Assembly: GCA_965235115.1 (NCBI GenBank)
Contig: OZ249436.1
Span: 17,300,001 to 17,364,000, forward strand
DNA: 64,000 nucleotides
DNA from: Laetmonice hystrix
Taxonomy: Eukaryota
Direction: 5' to 3'
Below the pieces are notes generated by a model. The model did no database searches, was not told where the DNA came from, and saw only the letters and a program-made list of their open reading frames with translations. Position 1 is the stretch's first letter. Each line of letters begins with the position of its first letter. Below, piece by piece: positions 40,083 through 54,019 of the stretch. A program made the position numbers and the translations under genes.

Positions 40083-43000
40083 TAGGCCTATGGGTTTGCC
40101 GTTTTGTGCACTGGAGATAAAAACGGTTTATTTTTGTAATAATACGATAATCGGTTAAATTAATAAGGCACCCTATATATACTGCGGCGACGAGCACATC
40201 GGATAAAGGGCAGATCTCGACAAATTCTAAAGCGAAGCTAGGCCTAATTAGCCATAGGGGGCTATAGGGGCAAGCGGGTCGGGCCTTCCCCTGGAAAAAA
40301 ACAATTTGGAAGGCCAAAAAAACTATATTTCCCGGCATCTGGATATTTATTTTCTGATGGAAATGAGCCTGCCGGACCACTTTGATGTGTCACATTTTCC
40401 GGTGGATCACAGGGGGAGGGGCAGCTATCCCCCTGTATCCCCCGGTCGCTATACAGCTACGGCCCTGTCAAGACACTGATTATTACCAGAGTTTCTTTAT
40501 TAATGAATACATTAAAACTGAATATACCAGGATCAGTGGCGGATCCATGCAGGGAGGGGCGCAGGAGGCGCGAGCCCCATATTTTGGGCAGACTAATCTT
40601 TAAAATCTGGTAGTAGGCCTAAATTAATGGTCATTATCCCATCCCCTACAGGGGGATGGGATCTTCAGATTGTACGGTTTCGTCTTCCCTATTATTATTA
40701 TCCCATCCCCTACGGAGGGGATGGGATTTAGAAATTGTGTGGTTTCGTCTTCTGTATTATTTTTGGCGTCGTAGTTGTAGTAGTAGTAGTAGTAGTAAAC
40801 TTGTATGTCTATCTCAGTCAATTTTCAAAATATCAAAATGAAATTTGGCACACATCTTGACAATGACAAAGTATGGTCAGGCATCGAATCCTGACGTCAT
40901 GTGACGTCACGTCATGACGTGATGACGTCAAACGTCTTATGAAAATTGAAGCCATTTTTAAGCTCATATTGGGAATTTTTTTAAAAAACCCGTCATGCCC
41001 TCATAATGGGCCAAAGGTGCTGCCTCAATTTGAGTCTTGATTTGACCTTTGACCTTTGACCTTAGGGTGAACTGAGTTATTGGTCACAAATCGGTTAAAT
41101 TGCTTCTCCTTCTCTATTTTTTGGTAAAATTCGACAATATTCGGCAAAAACACTCTCTAACGAAAGGTTCACAATACGATTCCAAGGATTAGCGATTTGA
41201 CCTATTTTCGCCGAACCACGTGACTTTGAAGTTTGTCACTTTTGACATTTTTTTCTAAAACTGCTTTAGTCATATAGGAATCGTGTATTTGGTCACTAGA
41301 TATGTGCTGCTATTCACGATTGGTCACTTTGCATATTTCTTTTCATAAATTTACCAATATTTTTTTTATTTATGATGAAATAATGTAATCTGACGTTGAC
41401 AGGCTCTACCTTAAACCTGTTTAAGATAGCCATATACAAATACAACAATTACAAAGTGTATAGATTCAGGTATACCACTGACTGTTTAGTTCTTGTTTTG
41501 GAAAGGTAATATGGCCAGAATTGTAAGTTTTAATGGGTATAGTCTTCACTATAATATTTTTACACTCTGACAGGTGGCATCTCTGAATACACAAATCACC
41601 TGCTGGGAGGCCAGAGCCAGGGTCGGCAGAGGGTTACGTAAGCGCTGGTGATAAGGGCCGGCCAGGCGGCCGGGTCGGCAGGCGGGTTGTGACTCCGCCC
41701 CCTCCCTCCCAGTCAGGGTCGGTTTGGTGGAGGATGATTGTGTATTCAGAACTGACATAACTGAATTAGCTGTGCCTTTGAACTGTAGATATAACTGTCT
41801 AATGCATTTGTTTTTAAATCTTACATAGGAGAGCTGAATAAAACACTAGGCTACTACTGATTGTTGGCTGTGGAGTTCAAGAGACACGGCAAACTTTTGG
41901 CCAGCTGCACTTGGTTTCAGCGTGAGCCAACAGCCTGGTGTGGATGACATTCGCACCTATTGTTCTTGAGTCTGTGAGATTTTTCATGATGCCCGTAACG
42001 GGTATAATCCATATAATCCATAAGGACTATAATATTTCATAATGTCAAAAGGATACTTAGTAACTTCCATGTGAATGGAAATGACGCTATTGTTGGGACA
42101 ATAATTAAATGAGAGAAAAATATAGGTAATGATAGAAAACCATTCGGGAAATGGGACCTACCTGTATTGCTTGGCAATCAGAGTCTCTAGATATAATTAC
42201 GATTTTAATGTATCCTTCCACAATGATTAATATATCAAAATAGGTAGATATACCATGCAGTAGATCTCTATGATCCCTTTCGACATGTCAGGGGCGTATC
42301 TGCACTCTTTCTTTTTGAAGAATTGACATTATTGTTAGGCTAGGTCTAAATACAGCCACGTATCTAGGATTTTCAGCAGGGTGGTCGCCGAAATGTTTTT
42401 TTTTTAAATTAGAAGCCTTTTATGGACCCATTTAGTGCACCATATTTTGTGTAGGCCTATTCATCACTCAACCAGTTTAAAATAGGCAGAAGGCTTTGCA
42501 CCTGTTCGTTCGATGGTGTGCCGCTGAATCTAAGGAAAAATGAATCTATGCTCTGGGGGAGCAGGAGAGGGGGTCCAACCCCCGGACCCCTACATGCGCC
42601 TGAAATACTTTGAGAAACTTCACATCTAGCTCCAGAAGTAACGTTCTTTGACTTTCTAAATTCAATCCCCCCCCCCCGCGCCCATGTTCGCCTTGCACCT
42701 TTGGTGCCCCTCCTTTCTTGCGGTACTGGATCTGAGCCTGCATGAAAGCAGGATCATGACGTATGAGATTATAATGATATTAACATTATTTTCCTAAGCC
42801 TCCAACTCGTAAACGGTGAAAGATTGAGCCATGGTTACTATTGAACAGGAATAGGAAGTCATATATCACGTGACTCCCCGGGGATGGGATCAATTGTGGT
42901 ATCGCCACAACGTGTCTAGTTATCCCATCCCCTACGGAGGGGATGGGATTTAGAAATTGTGTGGTTTCGTCTTCTGTATTATTATCCCATCCCCTACGGA

Positions 43001-46000
43001 GGGGATGGGATTTAGAAATTGTGTGGTTTCGTCTTCTGTATTATTTTTGGCGTCGTAGTTGTAGTAGTAGTAGTAGTAGTAGTAGTAAACTTGTATGTCT
43101 ATCTCAGTCAATTTTCAAAATATCAAAATGAAATTTGGCACACATCTTGAAAATGACAAAGTATGGTCAGGCATCGAATCCTGACGTCATGTAACGTCAC
43201 GTCATGACGTGATGACGTCAAACGTATTATGAAAATTGAAGCCATTTTTAAGTTCATATTGGGAATTTTTTTTAAAAACCCGTCATGCCCTCATAATCGG
43301 CCAAAGGTGCTGCCTCAATTTGAGTCTTGATTTGACCTTTGACCTTTGACCTTAGGGTGAACTGGGTCATTGGTCACAAATCGGATAAATTGCTTCTCCT
43401 TCTCTATTTTTTGGTAAAATTCGACAATATTCGGCAAAAACACTCTCTAACGAAAGGTTCACAATACGATTCCAAGGATTAGCGATTTGACCTATTTTCG
43501 CCGAACCACGTGACTTTGAAGTTTGTCACTTTTGACATTTTTTTCTAAAACTGCTTTAGTCATATAGGAATCGTGTATTTGGTCACTAGATATGTGCTGC
43601 TATTGACGATTGGTCACTTTGCATATTTCTTTTCATAAATTTACCAATATCTTTTTTATTTATGATGAAATAATGTAATCTGACGTTGACAGGCTCTACC
43701 TTAAACCTGTTTAAGATAGCCATATACAAATACAACAATTACAAAGTGTATAGATTCAGGTATACCACTGACTGTTTAGTTCTTGTTTTGGAAAGGTAAT
43801 ATGGCCAGAATTGTAAGTTTTAATGGGTATAGTCTTCACTATAATATTTTTACACTCTGACAGGTGGCATCTCTGAATACACAAATCACCTGCTGGGAGG
43901 CCAGAGCCAGGGTCGGCAGAGGGTTACGTAAGCGCTGGTGATAAGGGCCGGCCAGGCGGCCGGGTCGGCAGGCGGGTTGTGACTCCGCCCCCTCCCTCCC
44001 AGTCAGGGTCGGTTTGGTGGAGGATGATTGTGTATTCAGAACTGACATAACTGAATTAGCTGTGCCTTTGAACTGTAGATATAACTGTCTAATGCATTTG
44101 TTTTTAAATCTTACATAGGAGAGCTGAATAAAACACTAGGCTACTACTGATTGTTGGCTGTGGAGTTCAAGAGACACGGCAAACTTTTGGCCAGCTGCAC
44201 TTGGTTTCAGCGTGAGCCAACAGCCTGGTGTGGATGGCATTCGCACCTATTGTTCTTGAGTCTGTGATATTTGTCATGATGCCCGTAACGGGTATAATCC
44301 ATATAATCCATCAGGACTATAATATTTCATAATGTCAAAAGAATACTCAGTAACTTCCATGTGAATGGAAATGACGCTATTGTTGGGACAATAATTAAAT
44401 GAGAGAAAAATATAGGTAATGATAGAAAACCATTCGGGAAATGGGACCTACCTGTATTGCTTGGCAATCAGAGTCTCTAGATATAATTACGATTATAACG
44501 TATCCTTCCACAATGATTAATATATTAAAATAGGTAGATATACCATGCAGTAGATCCCTTTTGACATGTCAGGGGCGGATCTGCACTCTTTCTTTTTGAA
44601 GAATTGACAAATATTATTGTTAGGCTAAGTCTAAATACAGCCACGTGTCTAGGATTTTCAGCAGGGTGCTCTCTGAAATTTTTTAAAATAAGAAGCTCTT
44701 AGACGCGATTTTTCCACCTTTTATGGACCCTTTTAGTGCATTATATTTTGTGTAGACCCCTATTCATCACTCAACGAGTTTAAAATAGGCGGAATGCTTG
44801 GCACCTGTTCGTTCGATGTTGTTCTGTTGAATCTAAGGGAAAAAGAATCTGTGCTCTGGGGAAGCAGGAGAGGGGGTACAACCCCCGGACCCCTATCGAC
44901 ATGCGCCTGAAATACTTTGAGAAACTTCACATCTCGCTCCAAAAGTAACGTTCTTTGACTTTCTAAATTCAGCCCCCCCCCCGCGCCCATGTTCGCCTTG
45001 CACCTTTGGTGCCCCTCCTTTCTTGCGGTACTGGATCTGAGCCTGCATGAAAGCAGGATCATCACGTATGAGATTATAATGATGTTAACATTATTTTCTT
45101 AAGCCTCCAACTCGTAAACGGTGAAAGATTGAGCCATGGTTACTATTGAACAGGAATAGGAAGTCATATATCACGTGACTCCCCGGGGATGGGATCAATT
45201 GTGGTATCGCCACAACGTGTCTAGTTTTTGGCGTCGTAGTTGTAGTAGTAGTAGTAGTAGTAAACTTGTATGTCTATCTTAGTCAATTTTCAAAATATCG
45301 AAATGAAATTTGGCACACATCTTGACAATGACGAAGTATGGTCAGGCATCGAATCCTGACGTCATGTGACGTCACGTCATAACGTGATGACGTCAAACGT
45401 ATTATGAAAATTGAAGCCATTTTTAAGCTCATATTGGGAATTTTTTTAAAAACCCGTCATGGCCTCATAATCGGCCATAGGTGCTGCCTCAATTTGAGTC
45501 TTGATTTGACCTTTGACCTTTGACCTTAGGGTGAACTGGGTCATTGGTCACAAATCGGTTAAATTGCTTCTCCTTTTCTATTTTTTAGTAAAATTAGACA
45601 ATATTCGGCAGAAACACTCTCTAACGAAAGGTTCACAATACGATTCCAAGGATTAGCGATTTGACCTATTTTCACCGAACCACGTGACTTTGAAGTTTGT
45701 CACTTTTGACATTTTTTTCTAAAACTGCTTTAGTCATATAGGAATCGTGTATTTGGTCAATAGGTATGTGCTGCTATTGACGATTGGTCACTTTGCATAT
45801 TTCTTTTCATAAATTTACCAATATCTTTTTTATTTATGATGAAATAATGTAATCTGACGTTGACAGGCTCTACCTTAAACCTGTTTAAGATAGCCATATA
45901 CAAATACAACAATTACAAAGTGTATAGATTCAGGTATACCACTGGCTGTTTAGTTCTCGTTTTGGAAAGGTAATATGGCCAGAATTGTAAGTTTTAATGG

Positions 46001-46209
46001 GTATAGTCTTCACAATAATATTTTTGCCGTCTGACAGTTGACATCTCTGAATACACAGATCTCCCACTGTGATGCGGCCGCCGGTCCCTGGCCAGGCCGG
46101 GAGAGAGTTACGTAAGTGCTGGTGATAAGGGCCGGCGCCGGCCCGCCGGCCCGCCGGCCGGCCTACTCCCCCCTCCCTCCCAGTGAGGGAGGAATATGAT
46201 TGTGTATTC

Positions 46210-46414
46210 AGGTTCTATCCCCCATGATAACTTTCCACGAAATGTTTGGGCAGGGGTTAGGGTTAATGTCAGGGATAGGGGTAGGGTAGGGATATGTTTT
46301 GGGGAGGTGTAGGAACTGGGGTTAGGGGTTAGGGGTTAGGGATAAGGTCAGGGCCATGGATCTTTCCTTTCCACCAAATTTCGTGGAGTTTAAGTTATCA
46401 TGGGCGATATACCT
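46210..46414. mobile_element. 205 bp MITE with 6 bp TSD, TTAGGG-rich core
   Basis: AGGTTCTATCCCCCATGATAAC / GTTATCATGGGCGATATACCT; TSD GTATTC; empty site visible in the paralogous unit at 41742-41747. Confidence 0.85.
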
Positions 46415-49400
46415 GTATTCAGAACTGACTTAGCTGTGCCTTTGAACTGTAGGTGTAACTGCCTAATGCATTTGTTTTTGAATCTTATGTAGGAGAGCTG
46501 AATAAAACAATACTACTGATTGTTGGTTGTGGAGTTCAAGTGACACGACAAGCTTTTGGTCAGCTGCACTTGGTTTAGCCTGAGCCAACAGTCTGGTGTG
46601 GATGACATTCGCACCTATTGGTAAAGTTTCATGATGTATGACTACGTGTTGGCTAAATGGCGAGAGATAGAAGTGAACGAACGGTGTGCACAGTAGACAG
46701 GTATGCAGTCGTCCTGGCGAGCGGCACACACAATAGATTGCAGCCATCACTTGAGCGGGTCTGCGGAAGGGAGAAGGGGAACGCTCTGTGAGAAATACTT
46801 AAGGACTGTTTATGGAAGATGTACCTTCTCAGTCATATAACATGCCAGCTATCGGGCGGCAGCTCTCAATCAAAGGAGCCGGTCAGGGGGCGGTCAGTTA
46901 ATTGGACGTGGGCCACCGGCCAATGACCAGTGACCATCCTTTAAACTAGGACTGGGGCAAAAACGTGAACGAGGGGATATATAAGAGCACCAAGAGAGAG
47001 AGAGAGAGAGAGACTAGGGGAGAAGGAGCAGAGAAAGGACAGAGATATAGATTTGACTATGAGGAACATATAGACACTGACTGCCTAGTGACATATTGGT
47101 CGAAGCGGGACAACCGTGTGCCTCAGGAATAAAAACTTCAAAACTCAAGCGACGACTCTACTACCAAAAAGAAATGTTAACAAGGGTGAAGAGAAAATTA
47201 GCACTGTAATTAGACACATTGAACTGTTATGTTATGACGCTATCATTTTTGTATAATACTAAAATATATAGGAAAGCACTTGTCAGTGCACATGTCAACT
47301 TGCCATGGGCAGATGCGCCCAGAAAAAAATGAATGCCGGGCGGTAGTTTTGCGCTAGCAGCGAAGGCGCAAGGTTTTCAGTTGGCAAGGGGTGCAGATGG
47401 GGAGATATTTTTTCAGATGATAGGCCTGATAAAAATTCTTGCCGGGCAGCACTTAAACCATTTTAGTTTTGTGCCAGGCGGCTAAAATCGGTGCCGGGTG
47501 GCGCCGCCCGGCGTGGGCACATCCCTCTATACCCCCACTCTTTCTTTTTGAAGAATTGACAAAAAATTATTGTTAGGCTAGCCACGGGTCCAGGATTTTC
47601 AGCAGAGGGGTCTCGGGAAATCTTTAAAAATTAAAAGCTCTTAGAAGCGATTTTCCGCCTTTTAGGGCCATTTTAGGGCATTATATTTTGTGGATTCGTC
47701 ACTCAACCAGTTGAAAATAGCCGGAATGCTTTGCACCTGTTCGTTCCGTGTTGAAGGGAAAAAGAATCTATGTTCTGGCGGAGAATGGGGTCTACCGACA
47801 CGCGCCTTAAATACTTTGAGAAACTTTACATCTATCTCCAGAAATAGCATTTTTTGACCTTCTAAATTCCAGCAAAGAACCTCGATACCATATCGAGGTT
47901 CTCTGATTCAAGTCCCCGCCCACATGTTCGCCTCGCACCTCTGGTGCCCCTCCTTTTGTGCAGTGCTGGATCTGTGCATGCCTGCGGGAGGAGCATGACG
48001 TTATGATGTTATCATTATTTCTTCAGCCTATAACTTGTAAACGGTGCAAGATGGAGCCATGGTTACTATTGAACAGGAATAGGAAGTCATATACATTGTA
48101 TGCTCTTTCAATTGACACCAAGATTTATGATGTAATGTAAGGCCCCTATCATTATTATGTCATAATGATGCCATTGACATCTTCGAAGGTTTCTAAATCC
48201 TAAACCATTCAAGATAGAGCAATGGTTACCATTTAACCCTAATAGGAAGTCATATATGATCTTTCACTTGACATTTTTTTACGTGACTTGACTGGCATCA
48301 TAAGGTGTCATAGGTATTTTTCTCAGGGCTATAACTTGTAAATGGTAGAAGTTAGAGCTATAGTTACTATTAGCCTAAACAGTAATAGGAAGTCATATAG
48401 CCTACATGCTCTTTCATTTGAGACCAAGATTCATTACGCAGTATGACGTGTCACCTCATAATTACGTCATTGGCATCTTCTAAAGCTTATAGGTCATTAA
48501 CTGTGCAAGATCGAGCCATAGTTTACCCTACTCAGAACATGTCATATAGGCCTATCACGTGACTCCCCGGGGATGGGATCAATTGTGGTATCGCCACAAC
48601 GTGTCTAGTTATCCCATCCCCTACGGAGGGGATGGGATTTAGAAATTGTGTGGTTTCGTCTTCTGTATTATTTTTGGCGTCGTAGTTGTAGTAGTAGTAG
48701 TAGTAGTAAACTTGTATGTCTATCTTAGTCAATTTTCAAAATATCGAAATGAAATTTGGCACACATCTTGACAATGACGAAGTATGGTCAGGCATCGAAT
48801 CCTGACGTCATGTGACGTCACGTCATAACGTGATGACGTCAAACGTATTATGAAAATTGAAGCCATTTTTAAGCTCATATTGGGAATTTTTTTAAAAACC
48901 CGTCATGGCCTCATAATCGGCCATAGGTGCTGCCTCAATTTGAGTCTTGATTTGACCTTTGACCTTTGACCTTAGGGTGAACTGGGTCATTGGTCACAAA
49001 TCGGTTAAATTGCTTCTCCTTTTCTATTTTTTAGTAAAATTAGACAATATTCGGCAGAAACACTCTCTAACGAAAGGTTCACAATACGATTCCAAGGATT
49101 AGCGATTTGACCTATTTTCACCGAACCACGTGACTTTGAAGTTTGTCACTTTTGACATTTTTTTCTAAAACTGCTTTAGTCATATAGGAATCGTGTATTT
49201 GGTCAATAGGTATGTGCTGCTATTGACGATTGGTCACTTTGCATATTTCTTTTCATAAATTTACCAATATCTTTTTTATTTATGATGAAATAATGTAATC
49301 TGACGTTGACAGGCTCTACCTTAAACCTGTTTAAGATAGCCATATACAAATACAACAATTACAAAGTGTATAGATTCAGGTATACCACTGGCTGTTTAGT

Positions 49401-49648
49401 TCTCGTTTTGGAAAGGTAATATGGCCAGAATTGTAAGTTTTAATGGGTATAGTCTTCACAATAATATTTTTGCCGTCTGACAGTTGACATCTCTGAATAC
49501 ACAGATCTCCCACTGTGATGCGGCCGCCGGTCCCTGGCCAGGCCGGGAGAGAGTTACGTAAGTGCTGGTGATAAGGGCCGGCCCCCGGCCGGCCTGCCGG
49601 CCTACTCCCCCCTCCCTCCCAGTGAGGGAGGAATATGATTGTGTATTC

Positions 49649-49853
49649 AGGTTCTATCTCCCATGATAACTTTCCACGAAATGTTTGGGCAGGGGTTAGG
49701 GTTAATGTCAGGGATAGGGGTAGGGTAGGGATATGTTTTGGGGAGGTGTAGGAACTGGGGTTAGGGGTTAGGGGTTAGGGATAAGGTCAGGGCCATGGAT
49801 CTTTCCTTTCCACCAAATTTCGTGGAGTTTAAGTTATCATGGGGGATATACCT
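49649..49853. mobile_element. second copy of the 205 bp MITE (duplicated with its host)
   Basis: same termini and GTATTC TSD as 46210-46414. Confidence 0.85.
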
Positions 49854-52706
49854 GTATTCAGAACTGACTTAGCTGTGCCTTTGAACTGTAGGTGTAACTG
49901 CCTAATGCATTTGTTTTTGAATCTTATGTAGGAGAGCTGAATAAAACAATACTACTGATTGTTGGTTGTGGAGTTCAAGTGACACGACAAGCTTTTGGTC
50001 AGCTGCACTTGGTTTAGCCTGAGCCAACAGTCTGGTGTGGATGACATTCGCACCTATTGGTAAAGTTTCATGATGTATGACTACGTGTTGGCTAAATGGC
50101 GAGAGATAGAAGTGAACGAACGGTGTGCACAGTAGACAGGTATGCAGTCGTCCTGGCGAGCGGCACACACAATAGATTGCAGCCATCACTTGAGCGGGTC
50201 TGCGGAAGGGAGAAGGGGAACGCTCTGTGAGAAATACTTAAGGACTGTTTATGGAAGATGTACCTTCTCAGTCATATAACATGCCAGCTATCGGGCGGCA
50301 GCTCTCAATCAAAGGAGCCGGTCAGGGGGCGGTCAGTTAATTGGACGTGGGCCACCGGCCAATGACCAGTGGCCATCCTTTAAACTAGGACTGGGGCAAA
50401 AACGTGAACGAGGGGATATATAAGAGCACCAAGAGAGAGAGAGAGAGAGAGACTAGGGGAGAAGGAGCAGAGAAAGGACAGAGATATAGATTTGACTATG
50501 AGGAACATATAGACACTGACTGCCTAGTGACATATTGGTCGAAGCGGGACAACCGTGTGCCTCAGGAATAAAAACTTCAAAACTCAAGCGACGACTCTAC
50601 TACCAAAAAGAAATGTTAACAAGGGTGAAGAGAAAATTAGCACTGTAATTAGACACATTGAACTGTTATGTTATGATGCTATCATTTTTGTATAATACTA
50701 AAATATATAGGAAAGCACTTGTCAGTGCACATGTCAACTTGCCATGGGCAGATGCGCCCAGAAAAAAATGAATGCCGGGCGGTAGTTTTGCGCTAGCAGC
50801 GAAGGCGCAAGGTTTTCAGTTGGCAAGGGGTGCAGATGGGGAGATATTTTTTTCAGATGATAGGCCTGATAAAAATTCCTGCCGGGCAGCACTTAAACCA
50901 TTTTAGTTTTGTGCCAGGCGGCTAAAATCGGTGCCGGGTGGCGCCGCCCGGCGTGGGCACATCCCTCTATACCCCCACTCTTTCTTTTTGAAGAATTGAC
51001 AAAAAATTATTGTTAGGCTAGCCACGGGTCCAGGATTTTCAGCAGAGGGGTCTCGGGAAATCTTTAAAAATTAAAAGCTCTTAGAAGCGATTTTCCGCCT
51101 TTTAGGGCCATTTTAGGGCATTATATTTTGTGGATTCGTCACTCAACCAGTTGAAAATAGCCGGAATGCTTTGCACCTGTTCGTTCCGTGTTGAAGGGAA
51201 AAAAGAATCTATGTTCTGGCGGAGAATGGGGTCTACCGACACGCGCCTTAAATACTTTGAGAAACTTTACATCTATCTCCAGAAATAGCATTTTTTGACC
51301 TTCTAAATTCCAGCAAAGAACCTCGATACCATATCGAGGTTCTCTGATTCAAGTCCCCGCCCACATGTTCGCCTCGCACCTCTGGTGCCCCTCCTTTTGT
51401 GCAGTGCTGGATCTGTGCATGCCTGCGGGAGGAGCATGACGTTATGATGTTATCATTATTTCTTCAGCCTATAACTTGTAAACGGTGCAAGATGGAGCCA
51501 TGGTTACTATTGAACAGGAATAGGAAGTCATATACATTGTATGCTCTTTCAATTGACACCAAGATTTATGATGTAATGTAAGGCCCCTATCATTATTATG
51601 TCATAATGATGCCATTGACATCTTCGAAGGTTTCTAAATCCTAAACCATTCAAGATAGAGCAATGGTTACCATTTAACCCTAATAGGAAGTCATATATGA
51701 TCTTTCACTTGACATTTTTTTACGTGACTTGACTGGCATCATAAGGTGTCATAGGCATTTTTCTCAGGGCTATAACTTGTAAATGGTAGAAGTTAGAGCT
51801 ATAGTTACTATTAGCCTAAACAGTAATAGGAAGTCATATAGCCTACATGCTCTTTCATTTGAGACCAAGATTCATTACGCAGTATGACGTGTCACCTCAT
51901 AATTACGTCATTGGCATCTTCTAAAGCTTATAGGTCATTAACTGTGCAAGATCGAGCCATAGTTTACCCTACTCAGAACATGTCATATAGGCCTATCACG
52001 TGACTCCCCGGGGATGGGATCAATTGTGGTATCGCCACAACGTGTCTAGTTCTTTGCGTCGTAGTAGTAGTAGTAGTAGTAGTAAACAGTGGCGTCTATC
52101 TCAGTCAGTTTTCAAGATATCTCAATCAAATTTGGCACACATCTTGACCATGACAAGGACTGGTCAGACAATGAGTTGTGACATATCACGTGACGTGACG
52201 TATGACGTCACGTCATGACGTTCATATTGGGAATTTCCAAACCCCATCATGGCGTTTTAATCAGGCAAGGGTCTAGTCTAACATGGACCCTTCATTTGTC
52301 ATTTGACCTTGAACTTTGGGAGAACTGGGTCCTCAGTCACAAATCTCTTAAATCGCTACTCCTTCTTCATTTTTTGGTGAAATTCGACAATATTAGGCAG
52401 ACGGACTCTCTAACATGAGCTTGTCTCAAATCATCAAAAGATAAGCGATTTGACTAATATTCGCTGAATCACGTGACTTTGAAATTTCGAAAAATTGTCA
52501 ATTTTCTAGAACTTGTAAACGGTGCCAGATTTGGCATTGGTTACTATTACACACAGATAAGAAGTCATTATGCTCTTTTATGATATTTTTTTTTTCAGGT
52601 CACGTGACCATTTTTAAAAATTAGAGGGAAAAAACAAAAAGAAAAAGAAACGTGACTCGGCCTGGGATTGAACGCGGGACCCTTCCGGTAGAAGTCCAAA
52701 AAAATA

Positions 52707-52781
52707 GGTGACTCGGCCTGGGATTGAACCGGCGACCCATAGCATATGAGTCAAGACACTTATCGCCAGTGCTACGCCATC
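52707..52781 (-). pseudogene. tRNA-like fragment (CAT at anticodon-like position) or SINE head
   Basis: Minus strand reads ...TTGACTCATATGC..GGTTCAATCCCAGGCCGAGTCACC with a B box. A partial duplicate lies at 52652-52698. The cloverleaf pairs poorly. Confidence 0.4.
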
Positions 52782-54019
52782 TGACAAGCTAATACTGGAT
52801 TGAACTGGTACTGATTACCACAGCCAGTGAACCTATATTTTGTGAGGGCTATAACTTGCTATCACTTGGTATCGTCATCCTTAAGGTCACGTGACCTGTG
52901 ACGTCGTAAAGATGTCATCGATATTTTCTAAGGGATATAACTTGTTAATGCTTGAAGTTAGACCCATAGTTACTATTGAACACGAATAGGAAGTCATGTA
53001 TACTCTTTCGTTTGGCATCATTATTTCTTAGGTCACGTGACCCATGACATAACGATGTCATCGATATTTTCTCAGGGTTTTAACTTGTAAATGGTAGGAG
53101 TTAGACCCATAGTTAGTATTGAATATAAACAGGAAGTCCTCATTATGTTCTTTCAATTGACACCAAGATTTATTCTGTTGTGTGATCTATTACATCCTTA
53201 TGACGTAACTGAGCCCTTCTAAGGATTGGTAGAAGCCTGTAACTAGCAAACGGTGCTAGATACACCTATAGTTATTTTTGAACATGAATAGGAAGTCCAT
53301 TGAGATCAATATTTATGACGTAGCATAAGGTCATAATGACGTAACTTCCATCTTCTAAGGCTCATAAGTCGTCACGGGTGCAAGATAGTACCATAGTTAT
53401 CCCTATTCAGAACATGTTACATGGGACACCCCGGGGATGGGATCCATTGTGGTACTCCACAACGTATCTAGTTAACCATGAAACGGCCCTTATTTCCCGT
53501 ACTGCAACCAGCTCTGAAATCTACAGCAGATACTGTAGCCACAGGGTTAATGTAGGCCTATGTGCATGCACAATATTAATGTAGTGGGCAGTGCTAACAC
53601 TGCAGCCTGGAGTTTAACAGTATAGGGCAGTTGGCTTCCAGGTATCAATGCTATATATAGGCCTATATATCGGGTGGGCCTAAAAATTTTGGAACACTCT
53701 TTTCTGGACTGTAACTTCTATAATTTTTAGCTCAATGTCATAATATTTTTGGAACATGATACCATCTGGTTAATTGGGGCATGTGGTACAAATTTCAGAT
53801 AAATAGGTCAAAATGTCTAAAAATAGGGCCATACGCGTTTCTCGGTACCAAATCTTTGGCCAGGTCTCAATACTTGATGAGGTCTACTGGTAAGTTGACT
53901 TTACCCATTTTTGTTAAAACGGCAGCTTGACCGTCTGCGACGCTACCTATAGTGGCTGTTCTGGGGTGATTCGCTTCTCGACACGCTCTGGTGGATATGG
54001 ACTTTAAAGTGCGTGTTAA

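Larger units (their letters stand above)
40634..53472 (+). mobile_element. cluster of five non-autonomous Helentron/HINE (DINE-1-like) rolling-circle elements
   Basis: Five 5' hairpin heads ATCCCATCCCCTAC.G.GGGGATGGGAT (~40635, 40699, 42921, 42983, 48610) and five (GTA)n microsatellites. Five tails GGGGATGGGAT...TTGTGG..CCACAA stem-loop..CTAGT end at 42920, 45225, 48609, 52050 and 53472. Internal AATAGGAAGTCAT subrepeats. No Rep/helicase ORF. Confidence 0.8.

Noticed and set aside
46255..46345. Interstitial telomere or chromosome fusion scar
   Set aside because: The TTAGGG-like motifs are few, degenerate and enclosed by MITE termini.
45226..52050. Near-identical 3.4 kb copies as a pure assembly duplication
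   Set aside because: The copies differ by substitutions and indels (e.g. 46136-46160 vs 49581-49600, GA-run length) and have different 5' junctions. Long reads should still confirm this.
52652..52781. Functional tRNA-Met gene
   Set aside because: The acceptor and anticodon stems pair poorly, the A box is degenerate, and it lies inside a repeat with a partial duplicate.
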